Shown: positions 52,475 to 64,000 of the stretch, one piece after another
Numbering within the stretch: the stretch's first letter is position 1
Layout: each line of letters opens with the position of its first letter
Assembly: GCA_030141605.1 (NCBI GenBank)
Contig: JAQGDQ010000172.1
Span: 372,001-436,000 of the forward strand
Length of the DNA: 64,000 nucleotides
Source: Tubiluchus corallicola
Lineage: Eukaryota; Animalia; Priapulida
Direction: 5' to 3'
Made by a program: the position numbers and the translations under genes
The notes under the pieces: model-generated
Databases searched by the model: none
The model's input: the letters and a program-made list of their open reading frames with translations, nothing else
What the model was told of the DNA's origin: nothing

Positions 52475-52669
52475 TGGCGCGTTCAGACGTAGAGACTTCT
52501 CTCACAACTTGTTGCAAAACTTCTCTCTGAGAGAAATTGCCAAGCCGTTCACACGTTGCAACAAGTTGCGAGAGAAGTTGCCAACCGTGCACGCCTTGCA
52601 ACTTTACTCTCTCTCAGAGAGAAGTTGCCCAACAAGTTGCGAGAGAAGTCTCTGCGTCTGAACGCGCCA
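52475..52669. mobile_element. PIF/Harbinger (Tourist-like) MITE, 195 bp
   Basis: Near-perfect TIRs TGGCGCGTTCAGACGTAGAGACTTCTCTCACAACTTGTTG...CAACAAGTTGCGAGAGAAGTCTCTGCGTCTGAACGCGCCA, flanked by TAA on both sides. Confidence 0.88.
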
Positions 52670-55600
52670 TAACTCTATTCATAGATAGAGTTTTAACTTG
52701 TAGCAGTGTTCTTGTGAGTAGTGTTGTAAATAGTGATTATTTGTTTTATTCAGAATTATATAAAAATTCGTTAAACCTAATATTTTTAAAGTTATGTAAA
52801 TAGTAATTGTTCATGTTTCTTGTATTGTATTGTATCAGAAGAGAATGTCCTTAGGACTGCAAAATATGCTTATAAGATTTTTAGAATGAGGCAAAACAAG
52901 ATATATATTTAATACATGACTTGTCCATTCAGGTATATGTTAAAATTCCATATTATATATTTTCTTTTATTTGATATTCTATGTAAATGAACTGCACAGT
53001 TATTATGTGATAAATTTTCATGAAATTGACTTGTAAGCCCAAGTGGGCTGGAAACAGCTTTAATAACATTTTACAGTATTAATTAACACATGAATTATTA
53101 CATTGTTATTATCATATGTTTATGTCAATAAAGATATTCAATCAATCAATCAATCAAAACTAACTGTTACTGTTATGTATTATATTGTGTTGTATACTTA
53201 CAGTTATTATATTTGCTTTAGTTGCTATCAAAACGTCGCTATCAAAAGAAATGAAACTGCCTGATTGCTGCTTAGCCTAATAGTTTATTTATTTTTATTT
53301 AAAGTTATTTCAGCACATAAAAATGCTATATAAAAAGTTAAAATTTACACTAAAAGCTGAGAAACACTACATTGCAGTATTAAAAAAACTACAAATATAT
53401 ACAAAAATATAATAAAAGTATATACAGAATTTAAAACTACCAACTACCTAGCAACCAAACGTAAACATTCTTCTGTGTATTCATGTTTTACAGGTGCCTG
53501 TAAAGATTTCAATAGGGTTAGTAACCGTATTCTCTTTAACAATTACTTTAGGATAGTTAGGTTACTTAATTGATGGAACTAATTACATTGAGAAAAGCAC
53601 AGGCAAAATTGTCGTTCTTGCATATGTGTACTAAATTTTTTAATGTGGTGAAATAAATGTGCCATTTCACCATTTTATTCTTTCGTTTTTTTTCAGATGT
53701 TTTGTGTTGTATGTCAAACAACACAACAGCTACACAACAACACAAGTCGAACTTGCTACAGTTATTACGTACGTACCACATTAGTAAATATATTTGTCTT
53801 GCAGTAATGGTACATTTCACTAATTTCGTTTCTCTGTGAGTGACAGTTCGTCGGATGTGACCACTAGTCAGTGATCTACAATTTATGGCAGAAACGCCTT
53901 GGAAAATTTTCTTTGTCTTCTCCAGTAGTCAGTAGCTAACGACTGGAACAATGGGGACAAAATTCACACAAATACTGGTAGGGAGCCAAATTCACTAAAG
54001 GTGTGTAGTAACCCAACGGGTGTAGTGTACTCTTAGTTTTCCTCAGACTGTAATACTGAACAACAAAACAAACTTAAGGTTCGTTAAGACGCGAACAAAT
54101 ATGAGTTAAGCGGAAGTCAAAGCCTACTTTGGCCTACTAACGGGGCGCCTAACCTGTGAACCAAATTTGTGACAATTTACAAATTCCTCTTGTAACAAAC
54201 GCTAGATTTTGTCTCACTGTTTATTTTAGCAGCTCTTGAAATATAATTACTCCATTTAAATGTTTCACTTTATCATGTGCTGAAGTGAAATAAACGATGA
54301 TAATAATTAAGTAGTACACTACAATCCGTATGCCATTATCATTTTTACAACTAAAGTGTTTATGGTGCGTTAGCAAGCAGCAGCTAAAAACATTTTACAA
54401 CATTTTTATAAATAAAGTGTTTGTGGTGTATTAGCAAGCAGTAGGTAAAGTAACATGCAGCTTGCAAAAATGAAACGAAATAATTATGTTGTTTCCTTTA
54501 AAAGCCTTTTCTCTTTAACAATATCGTGTCACGGAAATGTATTGGCTTGTATTAAACTATCACTTATTATCCTATGGTTGCCCAGACATAAAATATAAAT
54601 GTCCAATTTTGAAAGCGATTTTGTCTACGCAAAGATGCTTTCGAATTTGAATATCTATAGACTTTCATGTCCTTGGCGACTGACACGGTCACATGTCAAA
54701 ACCATCGCCTTTTATTGGTTATGAGGCTTCGACGAAACCATTTATCTGGACAGCCAGCTTGCATTTGCATTATTGAACTGTCTTTGGTGACTGCAGTAAA
54801 TTTAACTTGGGCAAGGAATATGCTATAACCAAGGCGTCTGTTAATCTAGTAGCTACTTAGTTAGCTAATTATGTAGCCCTGCAATGTAATGAAATAAACA
54901 GATAGTGATTGATGAGGATAATGATTTATTGACCCGAGAGATTCTGGGGTACTTACTTAAAGCAGTAATCATCACAGGCTTACTGAAAGCCAGCAGTCCT
55001 GATGGACTATGTGCGTCAAAAATCTGCAGTGCATTAGGGCCTACATCTTAATTCACTGCATGACTTTGAAGTAATTGTAAAAGGACCTCGAATGGTTGTT
55101 CGTCCATTAAGACATTTTTATAAATACTGTTTCAAATAGTATTTTTTCGGGAAAACTTAGAATAAAAAATAAGTATATAGCTTTGATTAAGTAACTTGCG
55201 CACAAAACGTAGTTAAATGCTTAAGCAGCAAAATTGCTTAAATTTTATTCATACTCTTGGTACATCAAATAACAATAATTATTCATATATATGACATTTA
55301 TAATATGTGATAAACGACAGCGCCCCAGACTTGAAGGTGCCGTAGTATCCCATTTATTAATAATGCATGTAGATATAACGACTGTTATAACTGGTTATAA
55401 CGATTGTTGAAATGGATTTGCTAAAATGGCAATAAACGCAACAGTAACAAAATGCAGAAAAAATATCAAAGTAACGAACAATAAACAGCACAAGAGATAT
55501 AGATTGCATGTTTAAAAATACAACATTTCGACTTAATTATATCAGAATTATTATGATATATATTATGAATAAGATATTCTATGATTCTTCTTATAATATG

Positions 55601-56419
55601 ATTTTTCAATAACTTAACAAGAAGTCATTTACTACCAATTATTTGTAATCATCCATTCCATAGAAAAGAGTTCAGACAGTGCGTTTGTCTTAATAGATTC
55701 AATTAGTTGTATGTTGACATGTTGCTTCATTTGGCAAAAAAGTAAGCGATTGTCTCTAATGTTGCATTTCCTTCCGAGTTTTCAGTTTACTTTCCCGTTT
55801 AACGCTCAAAGGAAGTATTTGGTTATGTTCCGACTGTCTAATCTCATTTTTCATTAATAGAATTATTTGCATGGAGAACATAGAGGGTTTTTTCTACTTC
55901 TGAACAAATACAGATAGAGAAGTAAATAATCTACCGATGTGTTTCGTTTCGTTGCAACATTGTAAACTTTTGACTTCTTGTTTATTATTATAGAACGCAC
56001 TTTGAGCAAAAAAACCTAGCTGTCCAAGTTGTTAAGGATTTTAAGGAGAAAAATCAGGAATGTCAAAACTTCTTGGAATTTAATTAAAACTCTCAACTGT
56101 CATTTGACGGCAGTTAATTGTGGAAATGTTGGCCCATCTGTGTGGCATTTCACTAAAATTCTTAAAGCAAGCAATGGTTGTTCAAAAGAGTATTCTGGGC
56201 GCCTTAACAGTTTGTACATAGTGTCCAATAAGTTTATATCCAAGTTTTAAGTTTATTAGAGAATGTCCAAATCGAAAATGACACTGCCACGTTTTGTAAA
56301 CCCTTAAATTTATCTTTAGCTTTGTTTTCAGTTTCAACTTTATGCACGACTTTTAGCTGCTGAGTTTAGTGACTAAACTGTTCACTAAACAGCATAAACA
56401 GCAGGTAATACTATGCCAC

Positions 56420-56760
56420 TAATACTGCGCATTGAATAACACTGTGATACCGGTTGTACCAACTTAAATGCCTCGGCCATACCATCTGCAACGATTTGAA
56501 AAATAATGAAGATATCGTGAACGAAACGCACTTATTCTATGTCCGTATTAATATTTTAATAAGGAAGCTTAATAATTGCTCTGCTAATGTTAAATCCTGT
56601 CTCTTCAAAATTAAGTGTTGTACCTTCCATTGTTTTTCACTGTGGGTTAATTTTGAATATGTTCTAGAGAAACTTAGGGTGTCATAAAACAATCGTATAA
56701 CGGAATTTTTTAAACTTAAATGTGATTGCTTACAGTGGTGGCTCGTAGCTAAAATTAGTG
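56420..56760 (+). mobile_element. LINE RT C-terminal fragment, decayed
   Basis: QLKCLGHTICNDLKNNEDIVNETHLFYVRINILIRKLNNCSANVKSCLFK...FSLW matches the KYLGH.I..DL.D..DI...R.N.L.RKF..CS..VK..LF pattern. Confidence 0.7.
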
Positions 56761-58580
56761 GGAGTGCTGCTTCAGAAAAATTTTAGCCATTGTTTTAATA
56801 CTGTGCAAAACGTAACAAATATACGTAATTTTAATGTTGCAGTTATATTTGTAGATCGGGTGTTGAACGACCTCTTTTCTTAACTGCAACTTTCTCGTGG
56901 AGAGACAACTGTGAAAAATTAAGCTGTTGTAGCTCACTTACAGTCACAGAACCTATTTCTTGGGGATACAAGGCGTACATCTATACTCTTATATTAATAT
57001 TCTTGGTATATATATATATATAAGATTCGAGGCTACAGCTTCGACGAGGGCACCATTTGCGACGATCTATACATCAAACGAAAGGTCTCGATCTAGTGTC
57101 GTCTCATTGGGGGTTTATTTTTCGAATCGGGCCCACCGGGAGGAACGCCTTAGAAAACTGCCGACGCAAAGGCATTGTGCTGACGTCATCCATTATTGCT
57201 TATAACTTTAATTCAGCAAAAAACTGCTTTGCGTTAGGTAAGTAAACAAACAGTAGGCAGGATGTTACGGGCTTTGTGTTATAAATGAGGACTAGGTAGA
57301 ATGTTCGCGTATTATTGACTATACGTGGTTTTTTACGCAAAATCTTTTGCGGGGCCTTTGCTAGTTATTAAATAATTTATGATTTAAGCGCACACCCTAG
57401 GTTTACACTTTATCACATCCAAGAATATGACAGTACACGGTACACACGTGTGGCAATTGTTACTGTGTTAGAGACAGTACTTTTCTACCTAGCAGCAGAC
57501 GCTAGCGTACAGCGTGTAATCTTAGACATGTGCGCATGGCCGCATTTGCACAACAGCCAAACACCACGTTGCTTGGGCTGAGAAGCAAATTGTACTTCCG
57601 TCACGTGGGCCGGTTTAAAAAAAGAACTCAAGAGAAAAGTCTTATTATATTGAATATTGTCGATAATAATGAGTGAAAACTGGGGGTGCTCCAGTACCAC
57701 AATACCTATACACGAGCCGCCACTGATTGCAGTGTATCTCAAATGTGTATGTTTTTTGTGTGTGTGGACGTCCTTCTTATCTGGCGTGGGTAGCTTTTAA
57801 TATTTGTTGTTGTTGTTGTTGCATATATTTGGTAGAGTTAGTTTTTTATGTGTTTGTCACAGTTTGTGAGGTAATTTATCTTTTTAGTGTATTATAATTA
57901 TGGCAACTTTAATGCTGAAATAAAAAGTGAATTGAATTGAATTGTTCTCATCCGTTAGATGTCCATTTCGTTTTTACCAAGATCCTTATGGGTCATAATG
58001 AGTGCTCGATTATTCAGTTATTTCTGTATTATTTAATAAGTTTATGAATTATTAAGAAAGCTAAGAAATTCGTATAAATGAAATAGACGTGGTCTGGCAA
58101 CCACTTATGATCAACGAGTGTATTAGTAGTTCTAATTAATATTAATTGTTTTTTTGCAATTTTTTTTGAAAATTTGCGCTTAATTAAGTATGATTAACGT
58201 CAAGTATTGTGCTGACTTTGTATAGTTTAGCGTTAAAAAGTCTAATGTTTACCGTTGCTTTTATTCTTAGCAATTTCATTTTCATCATCTCCTAAACAAT
58301 ATTCGAAATGCTTTTGTTTATATTTTATTTTGATACGTACCGGTCTATTATTTATCTTGCAACTGTTGTTGGTTTGATTAGTTCTTTGGTTGGTTCGGTA
58401 GTTAGGTGTTTAGTAGCCTGGAAAGTTTCAACTAGCTAATCAGTTAGCCGATCATTATTTAGTTGCTTGTTCATTGCGCTATTTCCAAATATCATTCCCA
58501 GCATTTAGCCGCTTTGCACGGAATGACAACCTCGTGTCTGGCCCCATTAACAACCTGATTAAGTAACACCTATAGGAAGG

Positions 58581-58795
58581 AGTTTACAATTCCCCACACA
58601 ATTTAAATACACTAACCCTAACCCAACCCTCATCCTGACCCCAACCCTAACCCTAACCCTAATCCTAGCCCTAACCCTATCCCAACCCTGACCCTGACCC
58701 TGACCCTGACCCTGATCCTAACCCTAACCCTAACGCTAACTCCATCCCTAATCTACTTCACGAACTAATTTCTTGTATGCGGGGATTTGTAAACT
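58581..58795 (+). mobile_element. Small inverted-repeat element carrying a degenerate (CCCTAA)n array
   Basis: AGTTTACAATTCCCCAC...GCGGGGATTTGTAAACT encloses ~135 bp of CCCTAA/CCCTGA repeats plus cttcacgaactaatttcttg. A second copy lies at 63481-63585. Confidence 0.75.
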
Positions 58796-59289
58796 TTAAC
58801 CTATCCATAAAACCGGCCTGGGAGAAAAGCGGAATAAATTCTTCTTAGGAAGGTGAAACGTGTACTAACTTCAAATTTTACAAGGTTGTAGAAGAGGATA
58901 ATGTCGACAAATATGCAAACTTTGAAGCTTTTGCTTCAGAAGTTATAGTTCTGAATTTGCATTCCACATCAGCGAAACGCTATACAGAGTGTTGAACAGC
59001 ACCAAATGTGGTATGATCATGAATGGCTTCGATGCAGCTAATTGTTACTTACAGGAAGGTTTTTGTCAAGATTTTGTTTAAAATGCGAAGTCACCTATTT
59101 AAACTCTCGTTGCACTTCCGGTATATAGCGGAAATTCATGGCGCTAACGGAAAACTAGTCGTTAAGAGATGATGTAGCGCTACTGAATGCAATTTTTCAA
59201 AAGTGCCAGAGTTTTGTATCTTATTCCGCGAAAATCTAGATGAATCTTTCAGGAAAAGCAAGCTCGGTGACTTAAAAGAGTATTACGAT

Positions 59290-60280
59290 ACCCGTTGGGT
59301 TAAGTGACTGTTCGGTTGTAAATGTTACGCGTTCAAATACCCTGAGGTCTTCATGTAAGCCTCCCTTAACCGAACAGACCGGCGGCCTTCACGTAAATTC
59401 ACTTAACCAAGCAGATAGACTGCCGTTTACGTAACCCTAACTTACACGGCGGACTAGTCTATATATAATTTAATTTGAATTTATTTCACATCACATACAA
59501 ACAATAAAGACAAACGTTCATATAATACAAATGTTTACATAAAAATCATCAAATCAATGATGTGGGGAGACGCTGAGAGCCAAAATTACCTACTTATAAG
59601 CGCCTATCCAAAAGTAAAAATCTATTTATGTCTACAGCATCTAATCTAGTTTTGAAAAGTTTTGTGGTCTGCGCTGTTACAAGTGGAAATCCATTTACTT
59701 GTGCGGGTTAGCTATTCCAGATAGGGACAACCCCGTTCGAAAAAGTCGCCAAAACCTTTTTTCAGTACGTCTAACAAAGAGTTTGAGTGAATGGTTACTT
59801 TTGGTTTTGTTGGCAATTGCTTTAATAAAAAATTTTTTTAACCGAAGAGACTGACGAGTCTTTACGTCTTTAGGTCTTGATAGATTTTCGCGTAAAGCTC
59901 ACTTAACAAAACTGATTTACAGATCTTACCTCGCTTAACCAAAGAGACGCGTAGGTCTTTATGTAAGCCTCGCTTAACTGAACAGACTGACAGGTCTATT
60001 CGTCTGGAGTCTCACGATATCTGTTTGGTTAAGTAAAAGCTCGGTTGTAAATATTGCTTAATCAATACTGAGGTCTTCCCTCAAACTTTGCTTACACAAC
60101 AAACTGGCAAGTCTTCGTGTAAAATTCGTTTAACCTTACAGTGTTACAGATCTTCACGTAAACATCGCTTAACCGAACGGACTGAATGGTTTTTAGCTAA
60201 ACTTGGCTTAACCAAACAGACTGACAAGTCTTCACGTGAATTTCGTTTAACAAAATAGAGTGACAATTCTTTATCTGATT
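59290..60280. repeat. ~40-bp minisatellite (approx. CTCGCTTAACCGAACAGACTGACAGGTCTTCACGTAAAC), split by a LINE fragment
   Basis: Recurrent cttaacc(g/a)aacagact units at ~59360-59450 and 59835-60280, with short inverted units near 59295 and 60025. Confidence 0.75.
59470..59830 (-). mobile_element. CR1/L2-type LINE 3' end
   Basis: Minus strand NHSLKLFVRR...FSNGVVPIWNS*P...VTAQTTKLFKTRLD (the FFSNRVVxxWNSLP motif), then a UTR with AATAAA. Confidence 0.75.
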
Positions 60281-60303
60281 TCGCTTACGTCCTATTTTAA
60301 GTC

Positions 60304-60517
60304 CTATTTACACCGTGCGCTTCTAATGCATGAATCAGACGCATACGTTCCGATTCTGACGCATGGTAAGCAGAACGCAAAAAGGAAGGTGGAAGGAGGA
60401 AAGAAACAGTGTCAACGCAGGCATCACTGTGAACTTAAACCTGCAAAGTAAACTGGCAACAGTGACATCGATTAAACAAGATCGCCATGTGGGATTTGGC
60501 TTTATTGATTTTTGAAG

Positions 60518-60552
<35 letters not shown>

Positions 60553-60585
60553 CGCGCGTGCGCGCGTGCGTGCGTGCGTGCGTGC

Positions 60586-60636
<51 letters not shown>

Positions 60637-60811
60637 GTAAATCATTCAATATGTTTAATAAAGTAAATATCATTTTGATTTAAATCGATTATTTAGATCA
60701 TTTAAATTAACACTTTTAAATAATGTCTTTTAATAATGCGAATTTTCATTTGGATGATGCAAAGAACGCATTCGTCTTGGACCCCCGTCTAGGACGCACT
60801 GTGTAAACAGG
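60304..60811. mobile_element. TIR element (Harbinger-like) containing a (TG)n/(CGTG)n microsatellite at 60518-60632
   Basis: cctatttacaccgtgcgcttcta at the left versus taggacgcactgtgtaaacagg at the right, with TAA/TTA nearby. Confidence 0.55.
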
Positions 60812-61286
60812 CTCTTACGTGGACTAGTCATATCAGACTAAATATGATATAATGCTATTTGTATCCACTTTAACCTTTTAGAATAATTATCACACAGTCA
60901 ATATGCATATAATGTGACCACATCAAAAATGCATGATTCGGCATGGTAGTTGACTGCATACCAATATTCCATTATAGGAAAATTAACCTCATCAAGAAAT
61001 CAAACAATTACAAACTGAGTGCTCGGAGCTTTGTGTTGCAGCATATTATTATTCAGAAATGGTACATTATATTGATTTGAGTTGGATTAATTTGCAATTG
61101 TAGTAAGAGGATTCATTGTCCGTTGCCACTAGTTACTTGTATTGTGTTGATGAAAAATAAACAAAATGTGAGTTCATATGTAGTCTGAGCAATTTATTAT
61201 TGCCCTAAAAACGAAAATTAAATAACCGCTGTAAATGTTGAATTTTAAACTGTTTTAGATTTATTAATTTAAAAGAATCTTTACGT

Positions 61287-61753
61287 AGGACTAGCGGTGA
61301 TCAGCAGTTACCATGCTTTACCGGTTTTCGGGGCTTAACTGGACCTCCACATGGCTACCCAATAGCTAAGATGTGAAACTATTCTTGTGAAATAGTTTTT
61401 CACCTGCTTGATGTTTCGGTCCAATCGTATCATAAGAAGTGTTGCTTTTCGTTAGATGACTGGAATGATGTCGACATCTTGAAACGTTGTGCTTTGCAAC
61501 TAGATGAGCATGGCTCGTATGTTTTATGTGCAGTCTTTTCGATTGGCTAGCTAATTGCTTCAACTGACCCTTGATACGTTCATTACCTTTAAAGGATTCT
61601 ATTCAGCTTGGAAGGAGTATAGTGCCACTGCTGGGGTAATGGCAGCATAGCAGAATAGTCAGCTAACAGCTTGAGTATAGGGGCGCCACGTGAAGGGTTC
61701 GGTTAAGCTCCGAAACACAGAAAAACATGGTAACTGCTGATGACCGCAGACCT
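61287..61753. mobile_element. Non-autonomous DNA transposon with ~100-bp imperfect TIRs
   Basis: gcggtgatcagcagttaccatg...tttcggggcttaac...ccacatggc at the left mirrors gccacgtgaagggttcggttaagctccgaaa...catggtaactgctgatgaccgc at the right. Confidence 0.75.
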
Positions 61754-63480
61754 TGCCTTATTGCAGCAATTAGAGATTTCTGTGAATTTGTTTTCCACCT
61801 GCGCGGCGTTTTACATTTTTCCTCTTTAAAAACAGTCAATAATCAGAATTCGAATCTTGCCATTGCTCTCTGACGGTCACATAGGTCTCCTGTTTTCTCC
61901 TTCCATCCTTGCATTTAATACCATGTATAATTAACTCTTTCTCTTGTCTGTTGTTTCTCTCTCTCACTCTCTCTCTCTCAGACGTAAAATCTAAGAAAGT
62001 ATAGGCGGGTTAGCACTGTGTTATGGTTTGTTTGTATAAGCAATGTGCAAATAAATACTATTTGCTTAAATACCAGACACGCTATAAAATTACGGAAAAT
62101 TTATTACTTCTTAACATCATAAAAATAATGTTTTACGAAAATTTATAAATCGCCAAGCATAAAACAGTAGAACACATTAGCGGAGGAGGTGTGAAAATTC
62201 GGTACTAAGTGGTAAAAAACTTGGACAAAATTTTAACATTTCTCGAAATTTTAATAAAATTTCATTTAATGTGATATTTATCGTGACACAGTCTTGCATC
62301 TACATATCTTATAAATCTTATTAGTAAAAATTGTTGTCTGGCGAATACATCTAATGAACGTGGATTATTGAATAAGACGTCAATACGTCTTGCATCAAAG
62401 TTACAAACTCTAGCTAGATTTTTGGCACATACTAACAGAATTTACCTAATTCAGTAAAAAAAACGGAGCATACAAAAACGTGTAAGAAATTCAGTATAAT
62501 TTTGTATCGCAAGCTTAGTTTTTATATTAGCCGTTATAGAAAGGCCAGTCGTCAATCAAGATAAATAGTTATGTAGTAGAGTGCCGGACGAAACCAAACG
62601 CTAGACTAGTTCCCTCCCTCCTCTATGTGCGTTTGCAGAAATATATCAAGTTTTATTTTAATTGCCTGCTTTTTTCTTATAGCCATGCCCCGTTCAAAAC
62701 TGAAGTAGCGCAGTCAACATGTATACGACACTATACATTTGTCAATTAATGTGTCAATACATGCACAGACTGAAAGCTAATCTAGGAAAAAACAACCTAA
62801 CAAACGTCCATTACACTTAGCATAAAGTAATTACCAATTTTACGTTCACTTGAGATGCTGTTATCCAATTTTGTCTCTGAAATATCCGAAGATTTCTGAA
62901 ACAGAAAATTTTTAACATCAACTTGGATTCGAAAATGCGTGATGTCACTAAAGTAGAAGTAGCCTTCTTATGCGGAGGTAGTTCTCACTAGCTACCCAAG
63001 ACCTACAACCTAGATTGCTTTATCCTGTAAATTATCAATTGTTTTTTTTCTATCAAGAACATTAATAATTGACCACCAATGACCTTAAAAATGTTCAAGG
63101 CAGTCCAGACAAGGTTGCATGTCAGAACCGGACACAATATGTTGCAGATTATTTACCATCAATATTCGGTTCTTATCCAGAAATAGTCTAGCTGAGCTAT
63201 CGAATGGTAGATTCTTAAAATATCTCTTTTTTAATGATTTTGTTACGTTTATGAGTGCTTAGAAATCGTAGATCTTTCAGCACTGCTATTGACCAAGTAA
63301 AACATTACAGGTTTTAAGCATTACTTTTTAATTTTTTAGTTGTAAGCGCTACTCATTTGATCCAGACAATTTAAACGAAATTTCAATCTGTAAATTGTTG
63401 CTTGTCACAATTTAATTGTTCACTGGAAACAAATCTAACTAAATCCATGTTAATTGGCGTGTTCACACATACACTTGAGA

Positions 63481-63585
63481 AGGAATATACAGTTCCCCAC
63501 ATGCTCTAAATACCCTAACCCTAACAAAACCCTAACCCTAATCCACTTCACGAACTAATTTCTTGAAGGTGGGAATTGTAATCTT
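63481..63585 (+). mobile_element. Short copy of the CCCTAA-carrying element
   Basis: tacagttccccac...taaataccctaaccctaac...cttcacgaactaatttcttg...gtgggaattgta has the same flanks as 58581-58795 with a shorter array. Confidence 0.75.
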
Positions 63586-64000
63586 GAGCATACACTTCTA
63601 ATATTTCAAATCAGTGTTTTTGTATAGAGTCCGCAAGAAGAATGAGTAAAATTGTTTAACCTATTTATTTGTTCAATCTGATGATATTAACCAAAATTGG
63701 CAAAAAGCATCGCCAAATGAGCAGCTCAACCGCCGCTGTTGTCCTGAGTAATAACATTACTCAAGTGAGGTAAACATTAAGTATGTTATACATTCAAATC
63801 TGCTCTAAAAGTAATTGTATATTACATCGTTATAGCAGTAGATTCAGTTAGTGATGATCACTTTAACATAATTACGCATTTGCAAAAACAGTATCAATAC
63901 CACAGCCAAAGACACTTCCTACGGAAAACGAAATTAAAGTCTTGTTCATATGGCTTAGAATTAATCAAGGAAGTAAAACCAACAAACTGCTAGTATAATA

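Noticed and set aside
58610-58752. Telomere or chromosome-fusion scar
   Set aside because: Short, degenerate, single orientation, and embedded in a repeated element with inverted ends.
59290-60280. Regularly spaced repeats as a possible CRISPR array
   Set aside because: Eukaryotic context, degenerate contiguous units without unique spacers, no cas genes.
60335-60673. (HT)n/(HART)n ORF
   Set aside because: (CA)n microsatellite inside a TIR element.

Overview
AT-rich animal genomic DNA, most likely from a bilaterian invertebrate (spliceosomal GT-AG introns, TTAGGG-type repeats, a Meta-type SINE, an eMIC domain). Most short ORFs in the track are spurious; the real genes had to be spliced by hand. 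The first 30 kb holds four genes: (1) the intronless 3' part of SAE1 (+, 2-820, open off the left edge); (2) a five-exon GOLT1/Got1 gene (-, 2934-6736) absent from the ORF track; (3) a diverged ABHD17-family depalmitoylase with an intronless CDS (-, 7634-8527) just upstream of GOLT1, possibly sharing its first exon; (4) a ~15-exon Lys/Arg/Ser-rich gene (-, 15358-28299, ~646 aa) ending in the SRRM3/SRRM4 eMIC (SRRM_C) motif RRRITS|ARKRPVPY. I could not find the N-terminal cwf21 region for gene 4, so it may be a stand-alone SRRM4-like microexon regulator in an invertebrate. It also has candidate poison and micro-exons. The rest (30-64 kb) is gene-poor: decayed LINE fragments, hAT, Harbinger and Tc1-like MITEs, telomere-repeat-carrying elements, micro- and minisatellites, an old inverted duplication, and a possible spliced minus-strand non-coding transcript. 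All homology calls come from recalled motifs, not database searches.
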